A stretch of DNA of 64,000 nt from Halorutilales archaeon Cl-col2-1 (GCA_041891055.1 CP169074.1:288001-352000); one strand, 5' to 3'; counted from the first letter of the stretch, positions 28,940 to 41,215 are shown. The notes: generated from the letters alone by a model not told the origin. A program made the numbers and translations.

Positions 28940-30490
28940 ATGCTCGATCCTGTCGAGACCGAGATACTCCGGAACCGTCTCGAAGCCGTAGCCGACGAGA
29001 TGGGCGACGTCCTCATAAGATCGTCCTACTCCCCCAACATAAAGGAACGTCAGGACTGCTCGACCGCAGTCTTCGACACCGACGGACGTATGGTCGCACA
29101 GGCGGAGCACATACCCGTCCATCTCGGAGCGATGCCCGAAGCGGTCGACGCTGTTCTGGAGATGAAACCGTCGCCGGGAGATGTCTTCGCTCTTAACGAC
29201 CCCTACGCCGGAGGGACACATCTACCCGACATCACTCTCGTCTCTCCCGTAACCTCAGACGACGAAGACGAGATAATCGGATACGCCGTCTCACGTGCCC
29301 ACCACGCTGACGTAGGGGGGTCGACCCCCGGAAGCATGCCAGCGGGTGCGACCGAGATATACGAGGAGGGACTCCGTATACCTCCCGTACGTCTAGTCTC
29401 AGAGGGAGAGACCAACACCGACATACTCGACCTCATACTCTCGAACGTCCGTAACCCCGACGAGAGGGAGTCCGACCTGAGGGCACAGATCGGAGCCAAC
29501 AGACGTGCCGAGGAGAGAGTACGTGAGGTGGTAGAAGGACTCGACGTCTCCGTAGACGAAGCTTTCGACGCCGTGATCGAGTACTCACGACGTCGGACAG
29601 TCTCGGAGATAGAGTCGATAGACGACGGCGAGTACGTCGCTGAGGACGTCTTGGAAGGCGACGGTGTCACCGACGACGACATACGTATACGTGCGACGGT
29701 CACAGTAGACGGAGACGGGATTGAGGTCGACTTCTCGGGGACAGATCCACAGACACGTGGAAACGTCAACGCGCCTCTGTCAGTGGCGAAAAGTGCGGTC
29801 TACTACGTCGTGAGATCTGTCACAGACCCCGACATACCCCCGAACCACGGCTGTTACGAGCCCGTCAGAGTCGAGGCTCCGAAAGGCTGTCTCCTTAATC
29901 CCGAGCCTCCCGCCGGAGTAGTTGGAGGCAACGTCGAGACTAGCCAGCGTATCACCGACGTCGTATTCGACGCATTCGACTACGCGGTCGACGTGCCCGC
30001 ACAGGGTCAGGGGAGTATGAACAGCCTTATAATAGGATCGTCGTCCGCCGAGCCGGAGTTCACCTACTACGAGACTATCGCGGGAGGCTCGGGTGGAAGT
30101 CCCCGAACTGACGGTATGGACGGCGTCCACGTCGGGATGACGAACACACTCAACACTCCGGTCGAGTCGCTCGAAAACGAGTATCCCCTGCGTGTCGAGG
30201 AGTACTCGCTCAGGGACGGAAGCGGCGGCGAGGGAAGACACAGGGGAGGAATGGGTATCGTGAGATCCCTACGTCTTGAAGCCGACTCGACTGTCTCGCT
30301 GATAACCGACAGACGACGACACGCCCCGAGAGGTAGGAACGGCGGAGGGGTCGGTGCTCTTGGCAGGAACCTCATCGACGGGGAAGAGGTCGGAGCGAAG
30401 ACGACAGTCGAAGCCGAAGAGGGATCCGTCGTGACTGTCAAGACCCCGGGAGGCGGTGGCTACGGAGTCCCGGACGACGCCTCTGAGTAG
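28940..30490 (+). CDS. Hydantoinase B/oxoprolinase subunit
   Basis: SPNIKERQDCS, HIPVHLG, NDPYAGGTHLPD, TPGGGGYG. Confidence 0.93.
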   Translation: MLDPVETEILRNRLEAVADEMGDVLIRSSYSPNIKERQDCSTAVFDTDGRMVAQAEHIPVHLGAMPEAVDAVLEMKPSPGDVFALNDPYAGGTHLPDITLVSPVTSDDEDEIIGYAVSRAHHADVGGSTPGSMPAGATEIYEEGLRIPPVRLVSEGETNTDILDLILSNVRNPDERESDLRAQIGANRRAEERVREVVEGLDVSVDEAFDAVIEYSRRRTVSEIESIDDGEYVAEDVLEGDGVTDDDIRIRATVTVDGDGIEVDFSGTDPQTRGNVNAPLSVAKSAVYYVVRSVTDPDIPPNHGCYEPVRVEAPKGCLLNPEPPAGVVGGNVETSQRITDVVFDAFDYAVDVPAQGQGSMNSLIIGSSSAEPEFTYYETIAGGSGGSPRTDGMDGVHVGMTNTLNTPVESLENEYPLRVEEYSLRDGSGGEGRHRGGMGIVRSLRLEADSTVSLITDRRRHAPRGRNGGGVGALGRNLIDGEEVGAKTTVEAEEGSVVTVKTPGGGGYGVPDDASE

Positions 30491-30580
30491 ACACAGCGTA
30501 TCGCGTCGGCTGACGTAAGCCTTATACCTTTTGCACTACTCTGTACATTAGAAGACATACTTGTACACGAGGGAACATAC

Positions 30581-31579
30581 ATGGAGGAATACATAGAGAA
30601 GACGGTCGACGGCGAGAACCTGAGCTTAGAGGAGGCTAAGGAAGCCGCCGACGCAGTCTTCGAGGACGCGACTGACGCACAGATAGGGGCACTCCTCGCG
30701 GGTCTCAGAGCGAAGGGCGAGACAGAGGAGGAGATAGCGGGCTTTGCGATGGGAATGAGGGACGCTGCCGAGACTATATCGCCCGACGCCGAGCCCCTGA
30801 TAGACACGTGCGGAACCGGAGGCGACGACTACGACACTATAAATGTCTCTACGGCGACATCGGTGGTAGCGGCGTCGGCAGACGTAGCAGTCGCCAAACA
30901 CGGTAACTACTCGGTCTCGTCGAACAGCGGAAGTGCGGATGTCTTCGACGAACTCGGTGTCGAGATAGAAGCCGATCCCGACGAGGTCGAGAGATCGATC
31001 GAGGAGGCAGGAATAGGATTCATGCTCGCGCCCGTCTTCCATCCCGCGATGGGACGTGTGATAGGACCCAGGAAGGAGCTCGGGATGAGGACGGTCTTCA
31101 ACATACTCGGTCCTCTCACCAACCCCGCGGGAGCCGACGCACAGGTCGTGGGAGTCTACGACGAGGATCTCGTGGGCAAGATCGCACGTGTCCTGAGCCT
31201 GATGGAGGTGGAGGACGCGGTAGTCGTCCATGGCTCGGGACTCGACGAGATCTGTCTCCACGGCGAGACGACCGTAGCAGAGACCCACGGCGACGACGTC
31301 GAGGAGTACAGTATAACCCCCGAGGAGATCGGACTCGAAAGGGCTCCAATAGACGAGGTCGCGGGAGGCGGTCCAGAGGAGAACGCACGTGACCTCGAAC
31401 GTATCTTCTCGGGCGAGGAGGACGGTGCGAAACGCGACATAGTCTTAGCCAACTCGGGTGCGGCACTCTATGTCGCCGGAGTCGCGGGATCGTTCGAGGA
31501 GGGTGTCGAGATAGCTGAGAATAGGGTCGAGGAAGGCGATCCACTCGAAAAGCTCCACGACTTCTCGGAGATCCAGTGA
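30581..31579 (+). CDS. trpD: Anthranilate phosphoribosyltransferase
   Basis: DTCGTGGD, NVST, KHGN, GSAD, GPLTNP. Confidence 0.97.
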   Translation: MEEYIEKTVDGENLSLEEAKEAADAVFEDATDAQIGALLAGLRAKGETEEEIAGFAMGMRDAAETISPDAEPLIDTCGTGGDDYDTINVSTATSVVAASADVAVAKHGNYSVSSNSGSADVFDELGVEIEADPDEVERSIEEAGIGFMLAPVFHPAMGRVIGPRKELGMRTVFNILGPLTNPAGADAQVVGVYDEDLVGKIARVLSLMEVEDAVVVHGSGLDEICLHGETTVAETHGDDVEEYSITPEEIGLERAPIDEVAGGGPEENARDLERIFSGEEDGAKRDIVLANSGAALYVAGVAGSFEEGVEIAENRVEEGDPLEKLHDFSEIQ

Positions 31580-32229
31580 TGGTACGTGTCAAGATCTGTG
31601 GAGTGACCGACTCCGACGGTCTCGGAAAGGTCGTAAGATCGGGAGCCGACGCAGTCGGATTTATCACTCAGGTTCCCGTCGATACGCCGCGTAACCTCTC
31701 TGTCGAGGAGGTCTCACGCCTCGTCTCAGAGACGCCGCCCTTCGTGACCACCGTCGCTGTCGTGATGCCTGACTCCGCCGACGAGGCTGTCGAGATAGCC
31801 GAGTCGTCGGGAGCCGACGTCCTACAGGTACACAGCCACTTAGAGCCCGACGAAGTCGAGTACCTGAGCCGAGAGACCGACGCAGGTGTCGTCAAGAGGG
31901 TGGAGCCGAATCCCGAACACGCGACGAAGTACTCCGAGACAGCCGACGCTCTCATAGTGGACTCGACCGACGAAGACGGCGCGGGGGGAACCGGAGAGAC
32001 GCACGACTGGTCGAGAACCTCGGAGGTCGTACGTGAGGTCGACGTCCCCGTAGTCCTAGCCGGCGGTCTCAGACCCGGCAACGTCAAGGAGGCAGTCGAA
32101 GCCGTCGAGCCCTACGCAGTCGACGTCGCCTCGGGAGTCGAGTCGTCGGACGGAGGTAAGGACGCCCAACTCGTCGAGAGCTTCGTCGCCGAGTCACGGA
32201 GTCGGACGGAGGTGGAGACACGTGTCTGA
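31579..32229 (+). CDS. trpF: Phosphoribosylanthranilate isomerase
   Basis: VKICG, GGTGETHDW, LAGGL, DVASGVE. Confidence 0.96.
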   Translation: MVRVKICGVTDSDGLGKVVRSGADAVGFITQVPVDTPRNLSVEEVSRLVSETPPFVTTVAVVMPDSADEAVEIAESSGADVLQVHSHLEPDEVEYLSRETDAGVVKRVEPNPEHATKYSETADALIVDSTDEDGAGGTGETHDWSRTSEVVREVDVPVVLAGGLRPGNVKEAVEAVEPYAVDVASGVESSDGGKDAQLVESFVAESRSRTEVETRV

Positions 32230-33823
32230 GTTCTTCGACGTCTCTGAGGACGAGTACGTCGAGAGGATCGAGTCAGGCGCGGACGTCGTGAAGCTGTCGG
32301 CGGAGGTCGAGACCGACGCGAAGCCCTTGGAGGTCTACTCTGCCCTGAGGGGCGACTACTCTTTCCTCCTCGAAAGCGCCGACAAGAACATATCAGCTCT
32401 GAGACAGGTCTCCGACGACGACTCCGGAGCCGACACGGGAGCGAGGTACTCGTTCGTGGGATTCGACCCCGTCGCTGTCGTACGTATAGACGGCAGGTCG
32501 GTAGAGGTCGAGAGTCTGTCTGACGTCTCCGATCCGATAACTCCTGACACCGACGTAGTCGAAGACGGTGAGGTGAAAGAGGGACACGATCCCTTGGACG
32601 CTCTGAGAGCGGTCGCTCCCGACGTCGAGACTGCGGGCTTCGACGGCGAAGACAGACAGGCTTTCGAGGGAGGTCTGATGGGGTATCTCGCCTACGACGT
32701 CGTAGACGAAGTCTGGATAGACGGACGTGACAAGGAGTCGTCGACACCCGACGCCGAGTTCGTCGTCTCGACACACAACGTCGTCTTCGACCACGCCGAG
32801 GATCAGGTCTCGGTCGTCTTCACACCACTCGAGACCGACTCGCCGCGACAGAGTTACAGACGTGAGGCGGAGAAGGCACGCGAGGCGGTCTCAGCTATCG
32901 AGGAACACGAGCCGCGTTCTCCTCAGGGATTCGAGGTACTCGACTCACGTTCGGGCGGCAGGGACGTCTTCGAAGAGGCAGTCGATGAGACACGTGAACA
33001 TATACTCGACGGCGACATCTACCAGGCTGTCGTGTCACGTCAGCGCGAGATCGACGTGAGAGGCGACATACGTGACTTCTACTCTAAGCTCCGCGAGATA
33101 AACCCGTCCCCGTATATGTATCTCGTCGAGTTCGACGGAAGGAGTGTCGTGGGTTCGAGTCCCGAGACACTCCTGAGCGTCCACGGAGACAGGGTCAAGA
33201 CGAATCCGATAGCAGGAACGTGTCCAAGAGGCGAGACAGCCGTCGAGGACAGGAGGCTCGCGGGTGAGATGCTTTCCGACGAGAAGGAGCTATCCGAACA
33301 CGTCATGCTAGTCGACCTCGGGAGGAACGATGTCAGACGTGTCTCCGAGTCGGGAAGCATAGACGTCGAGGAGTTCATGAGCGTAGTCCAGTACTCCCAC
33401 GTCCAGCACATAGAGTCTACGGTCGCGGGCGATCTACGTGACGGGAAAGACGCATTCGACGCCACGAGGTCGATATTCCCCGCGGGGACGCTGTCGGGGG
33501 CTCCGAAGATACGTGCGATGGAGATAATCGATAGACTGGAGACTTCTCCGAGAGACGTCTACGGAGGAGGTGTCGGATACTACTCATGGACAGGAGATGC
33601 CGACCTCGCAATAGCGATACGTACGGCGACCTTCGAGGAGAGAGAGAACCACGACACGAAGACGATGACAGTCCAGGCGGGGGCTGGTATAGTCGCCGAC
33701 TCCGACCCCGAGAGCGAGTTCGACGAGACCGAGGGTAAGATGGACGCCCTCCTCACTGCACTCGACGACCTGTCGGTGTCTGGGAGCCGAGATAAGACCG
33801 AAACACAGGAGGTGACGAAATGA
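32222..33823 (+). CDS. trpE: Anthranilate synthase component I
   Basis: FLLESA, NPSPYM, GSSPE, PIAGT, EHVMLVDLGRND, PAGTLSGAPK. Confidence 0.97.
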   Translation: MSEFFDVSEDEYVERIESGADVVKLSAEVETDAKPLEVYSALRGDYSFLLESADKNISALRQVSDDDSGADTGARYSFVGFDPVAVVRIDGRSVEVESLSDVSDPITPDTDVVEDGEVKEGHDPLDALRAVAPDVETAGFDGEDRQAFEGGLMGYLAYDVVDEVWIDGRDKESSTPDAEFVVSTHNVVFDHAEDQVSVVFTPLETDSPRQSYRREAEKAREAVSAIEEHEPRSPQGFEVLDSRSGGRDVFEEAVDETREHILDGDIYQAVVSRQREIDVRGDIRDFYSKLREINPSPYMYLVEFDGRSVVGSSPETLLSVHGDRVKTNPIAGTCPRGETAVEDRRLAGEMLSDEKELSEHVMLVDLGRNDVRRVSESGSIDVEEFMSVVQYSHVQHIESTVAGDLRDGKDAFDATRSIFPAGTLSGAPKIRAMEIIDRLETSPRDVYGGGVGYYSWTGDADLAIAIRTATFEERENHDTKTMTVQAGAGIVADSDPESEFDETEGKMDALLTALDDLSVSGSRDKTETQEVTK

Positions 33824-34407
33824 GAGTCCTCCTAGTCGACAACTTTGACTCGTTCACGTGGAACCTCGTCGACTACGTCTCGGTCGTACTCGACGACGAG
33901 AGCGACGTCTTAGTCGAGAAGAACACCGTCACGGTCGAGGAGGTCGAAGAGATCGACCCCGACGCCGTAATCATATCGCCGGGTCCGGGACATCCCGCGA
34001 AGGAACGTGACATAGGAAACACTGTAGAGATCATACACGAGTTCTCGGACACGCCTATACTCGGAGTATGTCTCGGTCACCAAGCCTTAGCCGAGGCTTA
34101 CGGCGGCGAGGTCGGACGCGCTCCCAAGCCCGTACACGGGAAGTCTTCGGAGATCGACCACGACACCGAGTCAGTCTACGACGGTCTGCCACAGGGATTC
34201 CCAGCGGGACGTTACCATTCTCTGATAGTCAGCCAAGTCCCCGATGTCTTCGAGGTCACCGCCGAGTCGAGGTCGAACGGAATAGTCATGGGAATGCGCC
34301 ACCGCGAGAAGCCCTTAGAAGGCGTTCAGTTCCATCCCGAGAGCGTACTCACCGCACACGGACACGAGATAATAGACAACTTCCTAGAGAAAGCGAGAGA
34401 CGACTAG
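33820..34407 (+). CDS. trpG: Anthranilate synthase component II
   Basis: DNFDSFT, SPGPG, GVCLGHQ, QFHPES. Confidence 0.97.
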   Translation: MRVLLVDNFDSFTWNLVDYVSVVLDDESDVLVEKNTVTVEEVEEIDPDAVIISPGPGHPAKERDIGNTVEIIHEFSDTPILGVCLGHQALAEAYGGEVGRAPKPVHGKSSEIDHDTESVYDGLPQGFPAGRYHSLIVSQVPDVFEVTAESRSNGIVMGMRHREKPLEGVQFHPESVLTAHGHEIIDNFLEKARDD

Positions 34408-35543
34408 TGGAAGGTCTCGCCGCTTTCTGCCTTCTGTCTCAGGAGGTCGGAGGCTTCGTACCTCTGTGCTCCGTACTCCTCTTCGAGACTGTCTAGCTCC
34501 TCGACGACCTCATCGAGACCGCGTTCGTCGGCGTACTCCATCGGACCCTCGGAGAAAGCCGCGCCGAGCTTCATCGCGGTGTCTATTCTCTCAGGGTCAG
34601 CGACGTTGTTGTCGACGAGCTTCGCGCCCTCGTTTACCGCGATACACATAACACGGAGCGGGTCGACTCCCTCGTCGGGGATCTCGACCTCCTCGTCGTA
34701 GTCGTAGAATCCCTCGCCCGTCTTCCTGCCGAGCTTCTCGTCCTCGACCTTCTGTTCGAGAAGAGGACAAGGCTCGTAGGAGTCGTCTATCTCCTCCTGG
34801 AGGTACTCGAGTATGTCGAGGTTGATGTCGTTGCCTATCTGATCCGAGAGCTCAAATGGTCCCATCGGGAGTCCGAGGTCGTTCTTGACCGCGTCGACCT
34901 CTCCGAGGGACGCCTCGCCTTCCTCGACAGTCCAGCACGCCTCGTTGATGTAGGGTATGAGGAGGCGGTTGACTATGAATCCGGGCGAGTCCTTCGAGAC
35001 CCTAACAGGCGTCTTCCCGAGATCCTCAGCGAGCGCCTCTGTCTTCTCCACCGTCTCGTCGGAGGTGTGGTCTCCACGTATGACCTCGACGAGATCCATT
35101 ATGACGGGAGGGTTGAAGAAATGCATCCCGACGAAGCTCTCGGGTCTGTCGGTAATCTCGCTGAGACGTGTGATCGAGAGCGACGAGGTGTTCGAGGCGA
35201 AGACGGCGTCGTCGGGTGCCTCTTCGTCTGTGGCTCCCCAGACGTCCTGTTTTATCTCCATCTTCTCGGGGACAGCCTCTATTACGTAGTCGGCGTCTCC
35301 GACTGCCTCGCCCATGTCGACGAGGGGTGTTATACGGCTCATGACCTCGTCGGAGTCGTCTATCTTGCCCTTCTCGTCTAAGCTCTCGACGCTGTCCTCG
35401 ACGGCGTCGTAGCCGTTCTGGACGAACTCTTCCTTTATGTCACGTAGGTTGACGTCGTAGCCAGCGAGTGCGGCGACCTCGGCTATTCCGTGTCCCATGG
35501 TTCCGGCTCCGAGAACAGCTATGGTTTCTACGTCTTCTATCAT
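34404..35543 (-). CDS. 3-hydroxyacyl-CoA dehydrogenase family protein
   Basis: GAGTMGHGIA, EAVPE, SNTSSL, GMHFFNP, PGFIVNR; likely start MIEDVET at 35543. Confidence 0.93.
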   Translation of the reverse strand: MIEDVETIAVLGAGTMGHGIAEVAALAGYDVNLRDIKEEFVQNGYDAVEDSVESLDEKGKIDDSDEVMSRITPLVDMGEAVGDADYVIEAVPEKMEIKQDVWGATDEEAPDDAVFASNTSSLSITRLSEITDRPESFVGMHFFNPPVIMDLVEVIRGDHTSDETVEKTEALAEDLGKTPVRVSKDSPGFIVNRLLIPYINEACWTVEEGEASLGEVDAVKNDLGLPMGPFELSDQIGNDINLDILEYLQEEIDDSYEPCPLLEQKVEDEKLGRKTGEGFYDYDEEVEIPDEGVDPLRVMCIAVNEGAKLVDNNVADPERIDTAMKLGAAFSEGPMEYADERGLDEVVEELDSLEEEYGAQRYEASDLLRQKAESGETFH

Positions 35544-35639
35544 GTAGAATTCGTCGCCTGCTATCTGTTTTAAACTTTCGGAACGGTCGGCGTGATTCAC
35601 GTGACACGGAGGTGTTGACTCGCGGCTCTCCTCCCAAAC

Positions 35640-36340
35640 GGTAGTGTTCAGATAAGATGATTCCAAGCGAAGGCGAACGACTTTAGCCAGTCGTCGGCTG
35701 TCTGAAGGTGAGCGTTGCTGAAGCTGTTTGAGAAGGCTTGCGTACGGCGTTTTAATTCTCTAAAGACGCGTTCTACGGAGTTCCGATTTCCATGTTTAGT
35801 GACCCGAAATCGGAGTGAGTGGTACCGACAAGCATCATGAAGCGACAGGTTACCGTCAACGAGAAACAGACTCTCGTCCAAGTCGTGTTTCTCGATTAGT
35901 TCACTCATGAAATCTTTTGCCGTATAGTGGTTTCTCGTTGGTTGAAGCTTTGTGTGGAGGATGTCGTTAGTGTCAGGATCTACAGCCATGTACAGCCAGT
36001 ACCACCTCCCGTTGAACCGAATCATGGTTTCGTCAACTGCTACCTGATTCGGACTGCCGCCGCTGTCTGGCTGTAGATCGGCTTTATGCACCCAGTTGTG
36101 AATTGTTGAACGCACTCGCTCGACACCCAAGGACTCCAGTACAGAGGCGGTATTCGATAGCGATAATCCAGCCAAATGCATCTGAATACCTACCTTCATC
36201 GCAAATTGGGGTGTCGCTTCTCGTTCCATAAAACCTAATTCGATTGCGTCTATACCTCTACTGAGGCAGGCGTTTTTGGACATGGACACTCTCAAAACGC
36301 CCCGCCTCATCCTTCATTCATTCCTTATCTGAACACCGCC
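35640..36340 (-). mobile_element. IS6-family insertion sequence, 701 bp
   Basis: 17-bp TIR GGTAGTGTTCAGATAAG / GGCGGTGTTCAGATAAG; no flanking TSD. Confidence 0.92.
35648..36283 (-). CDS. IS6-family transposase
   Basis: HLAGLSLSNT, STIHNWV, VDET, LVDG, RNSVERVF; stop codon within the TIR. Confidence 0.92.
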   Translation of the reverse strand: MSKNACLSRGIDAIELGFMEREATPQFAMKVGIQMHLAGLSLSNTASVLESLGVERVRSTIHNWVHKADLQPDSGGSPNQVAVDETMIRFNGRWYWLYMAVDPDTNDILHTKLQPTRNHYTAKDFMSELIEKHDLDESLFLVDGNLSLHDACRYHSLRFRVTKHGNRNSVERVFRELKRRTQAFSNSFSNAHLQTADDWLKSFAFAWNHLI

Positions 36341-36390
36341 GATAATCCCAACACAAGATATTTATCTGTGTAAATTAATGATAAACCGTG

Positions 36391-36528
36391 ATGTATACTC
36401 CACGCGAGCACAGGCACGGCAATATACTCCTACTTCTCCTCGTAGCCTTTACTGGTGTCGGAGTACTTCTCACGGCTAATCCCGAGAGGGGAGCCGAGAT
36501 ACTCGATGCCATGACCCTCTACGTCTGA
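36391..36528 (+). CDS. Putative 45-aa single-TM small protein
   Basis: Manual translation MYTPREHRHGNILLLLLVAFTGVGVLLTANPERGAEILDAMTLYV; AT-rich TATA-like upstream region. Confidence 0.5.
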   Translation: MYTPREHRHGNILLLLLVAFTGVGVLLTANPERGAEILDAMTLYV

Positions 36529-36571
36529 TTTTTCAGCGACAGATTTATAAGTTCGAGTTCCTAATATATAA

Positions 36572-36628
36572 ATGTATTCATCAACGACGGTGTTGTCGAC
36601 GGTTAACTACCGAAGACAGTATACGTAA
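36572..36628 (+). promoter_or_regulatory. Candidate leaderless uORF (18 aa) in the aRF1 leader
   Basis: TTTATAA at 36544-36550; MYSSTTVLSTVNYRRQYT*; stop inside an 8-bp stem 36598-36605/36626-36633. Confidence 0.4.
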
Positions 36629-36683
36629 CCGTCACGAATAACTGAGTAAGTAACCAGTACGAGAGGTTCATCTGTCACAAAAT

Positions 36684-37733
36684 ATGAAAGCGAAAGAGTA
36701 CGAAAAGAAGAAGGAGTTCGAGAGGCTCTCCGAGATAAAAGGGGGCAACACGGAGTTAGTCTCGCTCTACATCTCTCCGGGTAGCAACATCGCCGACTAC
36801 AGGGACAGGATACGTACCGAGATTTCGGAGGCGGACAACATAAAGAGCAAGGAGACGAGACAGAACGTCAAGTCGGCTCTCCAGTCGATACTCGATGTCC
36901 TCGGCAACTACAGACAGACGCCCGAGAACGGTCTCGTGATATTCTCCTCGAAGGACGAAACTTACGTCTTCGACGACCTCGAAACCCCGATAGACTCGTC
37001 ACGTTACCACTGTGACTCCGAGTTCCTCATAGATCCCTTGGAGACGTCGCTCGACAGCTCGACGACCTATGGTCTCGTCATAATCACGGAGAACGAGGCG
37101 AGCATAGGCGTCTTGGAGGGCAACACAGTGAGGGAGAGGAAGCACATGGAGAGTAACCTCCACGGTAAGCACAAGGCTGGAGGTCAGAGTGCCCAGCGTT
37201 TCGCGCGTGACAGGAGGGAGAAGAAGAAGAGATTCTTCAAGGAGGTCGGAGAAAGTGCGGGTAAGATACTCGACGCCGACGAGATAGACGGCGTGATAGT
37301 CGGAGGAACCGAGATCACGAGAAAGGACTTCCTCGACGACGGATATCTCCACCACGAGCTCGACAAGATGGTCATAGGCAGGTTCGCTGTCTCTTACGCA
37401 GGCGAGAGCGGTCTGAGACAGCTCGCCGACGCCGCCGACGAGGTCATCTCTGAACAGAGAATAAACGAGGAGAAAGAGCTAATCGAACGTTTCTACTCCG
37501 ACCTGCGTGAGGGCAAGAACGCCTATGGTATCGACCGAGTCGAGGATCTCGTCGAACACGGCAGGGTCGAGACACTCCTAATATCGGAGGATGTCGAGGG
37601 AGAAAGATACGAAGAGCTCGCCGAGAAAGCCGACGAGATGGGAGGAGATACCGAGTATATCTCGACTGACTTCGACAAGGGCGAGCAGTTCTACCAGAGC
37701 TTCGGCGGAGTCGGAGCTATTCTGAGATGGTAA
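36684..37733 (+). CDS. Peptide chain release factor aRF1 (short, divergent form)
   Basis: NIKS, YHCDSEF, GGQSAQRF, C-terminal FGGVGAILRW. Confidence 0.92.
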   Translation: MKAKEYEKKKEFERLSEIKGGNTELVSLYISPGSNIADYRDRIRTEISEADNIKSKETRQNVKSALQSILDVLGNYRQTPENGLVIFSSKDETYVFDDLETPIDSSRYHCDSEFLIDPLETSLDSSTTYGLVIITENEASIGVLEGNTVRERKHMESNLHGKHKAGGQSAQRFARDRREKKKRFFKEVGESAGKILDADEIDGVIVGGTEITRKDFLDDGYLHHELDKMVIGRFAVSYAGESGLRQLADAADEVISEQRINEEKELIERFYSDLREGKNAYGIDRVEDLVEHGRVETLLISEDVEGERYEELAEKADEMGGDTEYISTDFDKGEQFYQSFGGVGAILRW

Positions 37734-38161
37734 TACGAAAACAGTAGGTCTGACGTATATTCCTTTTCCCCATTCCCCCACGAACAGGTATACGGTGTCA
37801 CCCCTTCTATGCCCTCCCGTTCCCCCTGTGAGAGAGCACATATAATCCGTAGACGCGGTGTCTTAAACCATTAACTATCATTAGGATAGTACCACACGCG
37901 TAGTCGCTGCTTTATCTTCTACAGTAAATCCACTACATATGGACACGTTTCCAATGTATATACTCTATTTACGGAATATAGAATTAAAAGAATCTGAACT
38001 GTAAGGGGATTAAGTACCGTGTATATTTCGGTAAAGCATAAATAAGTAGGTGTATTTGTAGTATATGTGCCGATAAAAAGAAGTATGTATGGTATAGACA
38101 GAACCGAAGTTGATGAAGTAAAGTCTGGACGGACGTCTTTCGAAAATCCTAAGGTGGTAGT

Positions 38162-39490
38162 ATGACGACCGCCGAGGAGGTACTCGAAGAAATAGACGAG
38201 GAGGACGTGGACTTTCTGCGTCTCCAGTTTACGGACATCTTAGGGGTCGTGAAGAACGTCTCGGTACCCGCCGACCAAGCGGAGAAGGCGTTCGAGGAAG
38301 GTATCTGGTTCGACGGATCGTCGGTAGACGGATTCGTGAGGATACAGGAGTCGGACATGCGTCTCGACCCAGATCCCGAGACATTCGCAGTCCTGCCGTG
38401 GAGGGACAAGGACGGCTCGAAGACCGCACGTCTCATCTGTGATGTGACCGACACCGACGGAACACCCTTCGAGGGCGACCCGAGGAACGTCCTCAAACGC
38501 GCCCTCTCGAAGGCTGACGAGATGGGATACGACGTCAACGCGGGTCCAGAGCCCGAGTTCTTCGTCTTCGAGACTGACGACGGAGACCCGACTATGACTC
38601 CCCACGACTCGGGAGGCTACTTCGACCTCGCGCCGAAGGACATGGCGAGTGACCTCCGACGTGACATCATACTCGCTCTCGAAGAGATGGGATTCGACGT
38701 CGAGGCTAGCCACCACGAGGTCGCTGAAGGACAGCACGAGATCGACTTCAAGTACGACGACGGTCTGACCACGGCGGACAACGTCGCTACCTTCCGTTCG
38801 GTCGTGAGGGCGGTCTCGGAGCTAAAGGATCTCCACGCGACCTTCATGCCTAAGCCGATATCCGAGATCAACGGAAGCGGAATGCACACACATCTTTCGC
38901 TCTTTGACGACGATGGAAACGCATTCCACGACCCCGACGACGACTTCAACTTATCTGACACGGCGAAGTCGTTCCTCGCCGGACTTCTCGAACACGCACC
39001 AGCGATCACGGCAGTCACGAATCCGACAGTCAACTCGTACAAACGTCTCGTCCCGGGATACGAGGCTCCCGTCTACGTCGCTTGGAGCGACACCAACCGT
39101 TCGGCTCTGATACGTAAGCCCGCCGCGAGAACTCCCGCAGCGTCACGTATAGAGCTGCGTTCTCCCGATCCGTCGTGTAATCCCTACCTTGCCTTCGCAG
39201 TCATACTCCAGGCGGGACTCGATGGGATCGAGAGAGGTCTCGAAGGTCCTGAGCCGGTGCGCGAAAACATCTATGACTTAGACGAGGACGAGCGCGACGA
39301 GTACGGCATAGACACACTGCCGAGTAACCTCGACGAGGCGATCGACGCGCTCGAAGAAGACGACGTCATACTCGACGCTCTCGGTGACCACGTCGCCGAG
39401 AAGTTCGTCGAGGCGAAGAGAGCCGAGTGGAATGAGTACAAGGCATACGTCTCCGACTGGGAGACGGAGAGGTACTTAGAGAAGTTCTGA
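38162..39490 (+). CDS. glnA: Glutamine synthetase type I
   Basis: [45 protein letters not shown]. Confidence 0.98.
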   Translation: MTTAEEVLEEIDEEDVDFLRLQFTDILGVVKNVSVPADQAEKAFEEGIWFDGSSVDGFVRIQESDMRLDPDPETFAVLPWRDKDGSKTARLICDVTDTDGTPFEGDPRNVLKRALSKADEMGYDVNAGPEPEFFVFETDDGDPTMTPHDSGGYFDLAPKDMASDLRRDIILALEEMGFDVEASHHEVAEGQHEIDFKYDDGLTTADNVATFRSVVRAVSELKDLHATFMPKPISEINGSGMHTHLSLFDDDGNAFHDPDDDFNLSDTAKSFLAGLLEHAPAITAVTNPTVNSYKRLVPGYEAPVYVAWSDTNRSALIRKPAARTPAASRIELRSPDPSCNPYLAFAVILQAGLDGIERGLEGPEPVRENIYDLDEDERDEYGIDTLPSNLDEAIDALEEDDVILDALGDHVAEKFVEAKRAEWNEYKAYVSDWETERYLEKF

Positions 39491-39502
39491 GGTGATTAGA
39501 GA

Positions 39503-39556
39503 ATGATAACTACATCTAAACACGACACAGAAGAAACACAGAGAGAGGTGGCATAG
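39503..39556 (+). other. 17-aa mini-ORF bridging glnA and amt
   Basis: SD GAGGTGA 39489-39495, MITTSKHDTEETQREVA, TAG immediately followed by the in-frame amt ATG. Confidence 0.4.
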
Positions 39557-41214
<1,658 letters not shown>

Positions 41215-41215
41215 T

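Noticed and set aside
35544-35666. N-terminal extensions in the ORF track (35666; likewise 55019, 41150, 23275, 14310)
   Set aside because: They run into neighbouring genes, the IS or promoters; downstream ATGs fit the family N-termini better
35632-36354. Possible IS6 target duplication (TCCCAAAC vs TCCCAACAC)
   Set aside because: Not identical and not adjacent to the right TIR; IS6 copies often lack matched TSDs
37940-37953. TGGA-N6-TCCA palindrome upstream of glnA as an NrpR-like operator
   Set aside because: Does not match GGAA-N6-TTCC; too short to distinguish from chance
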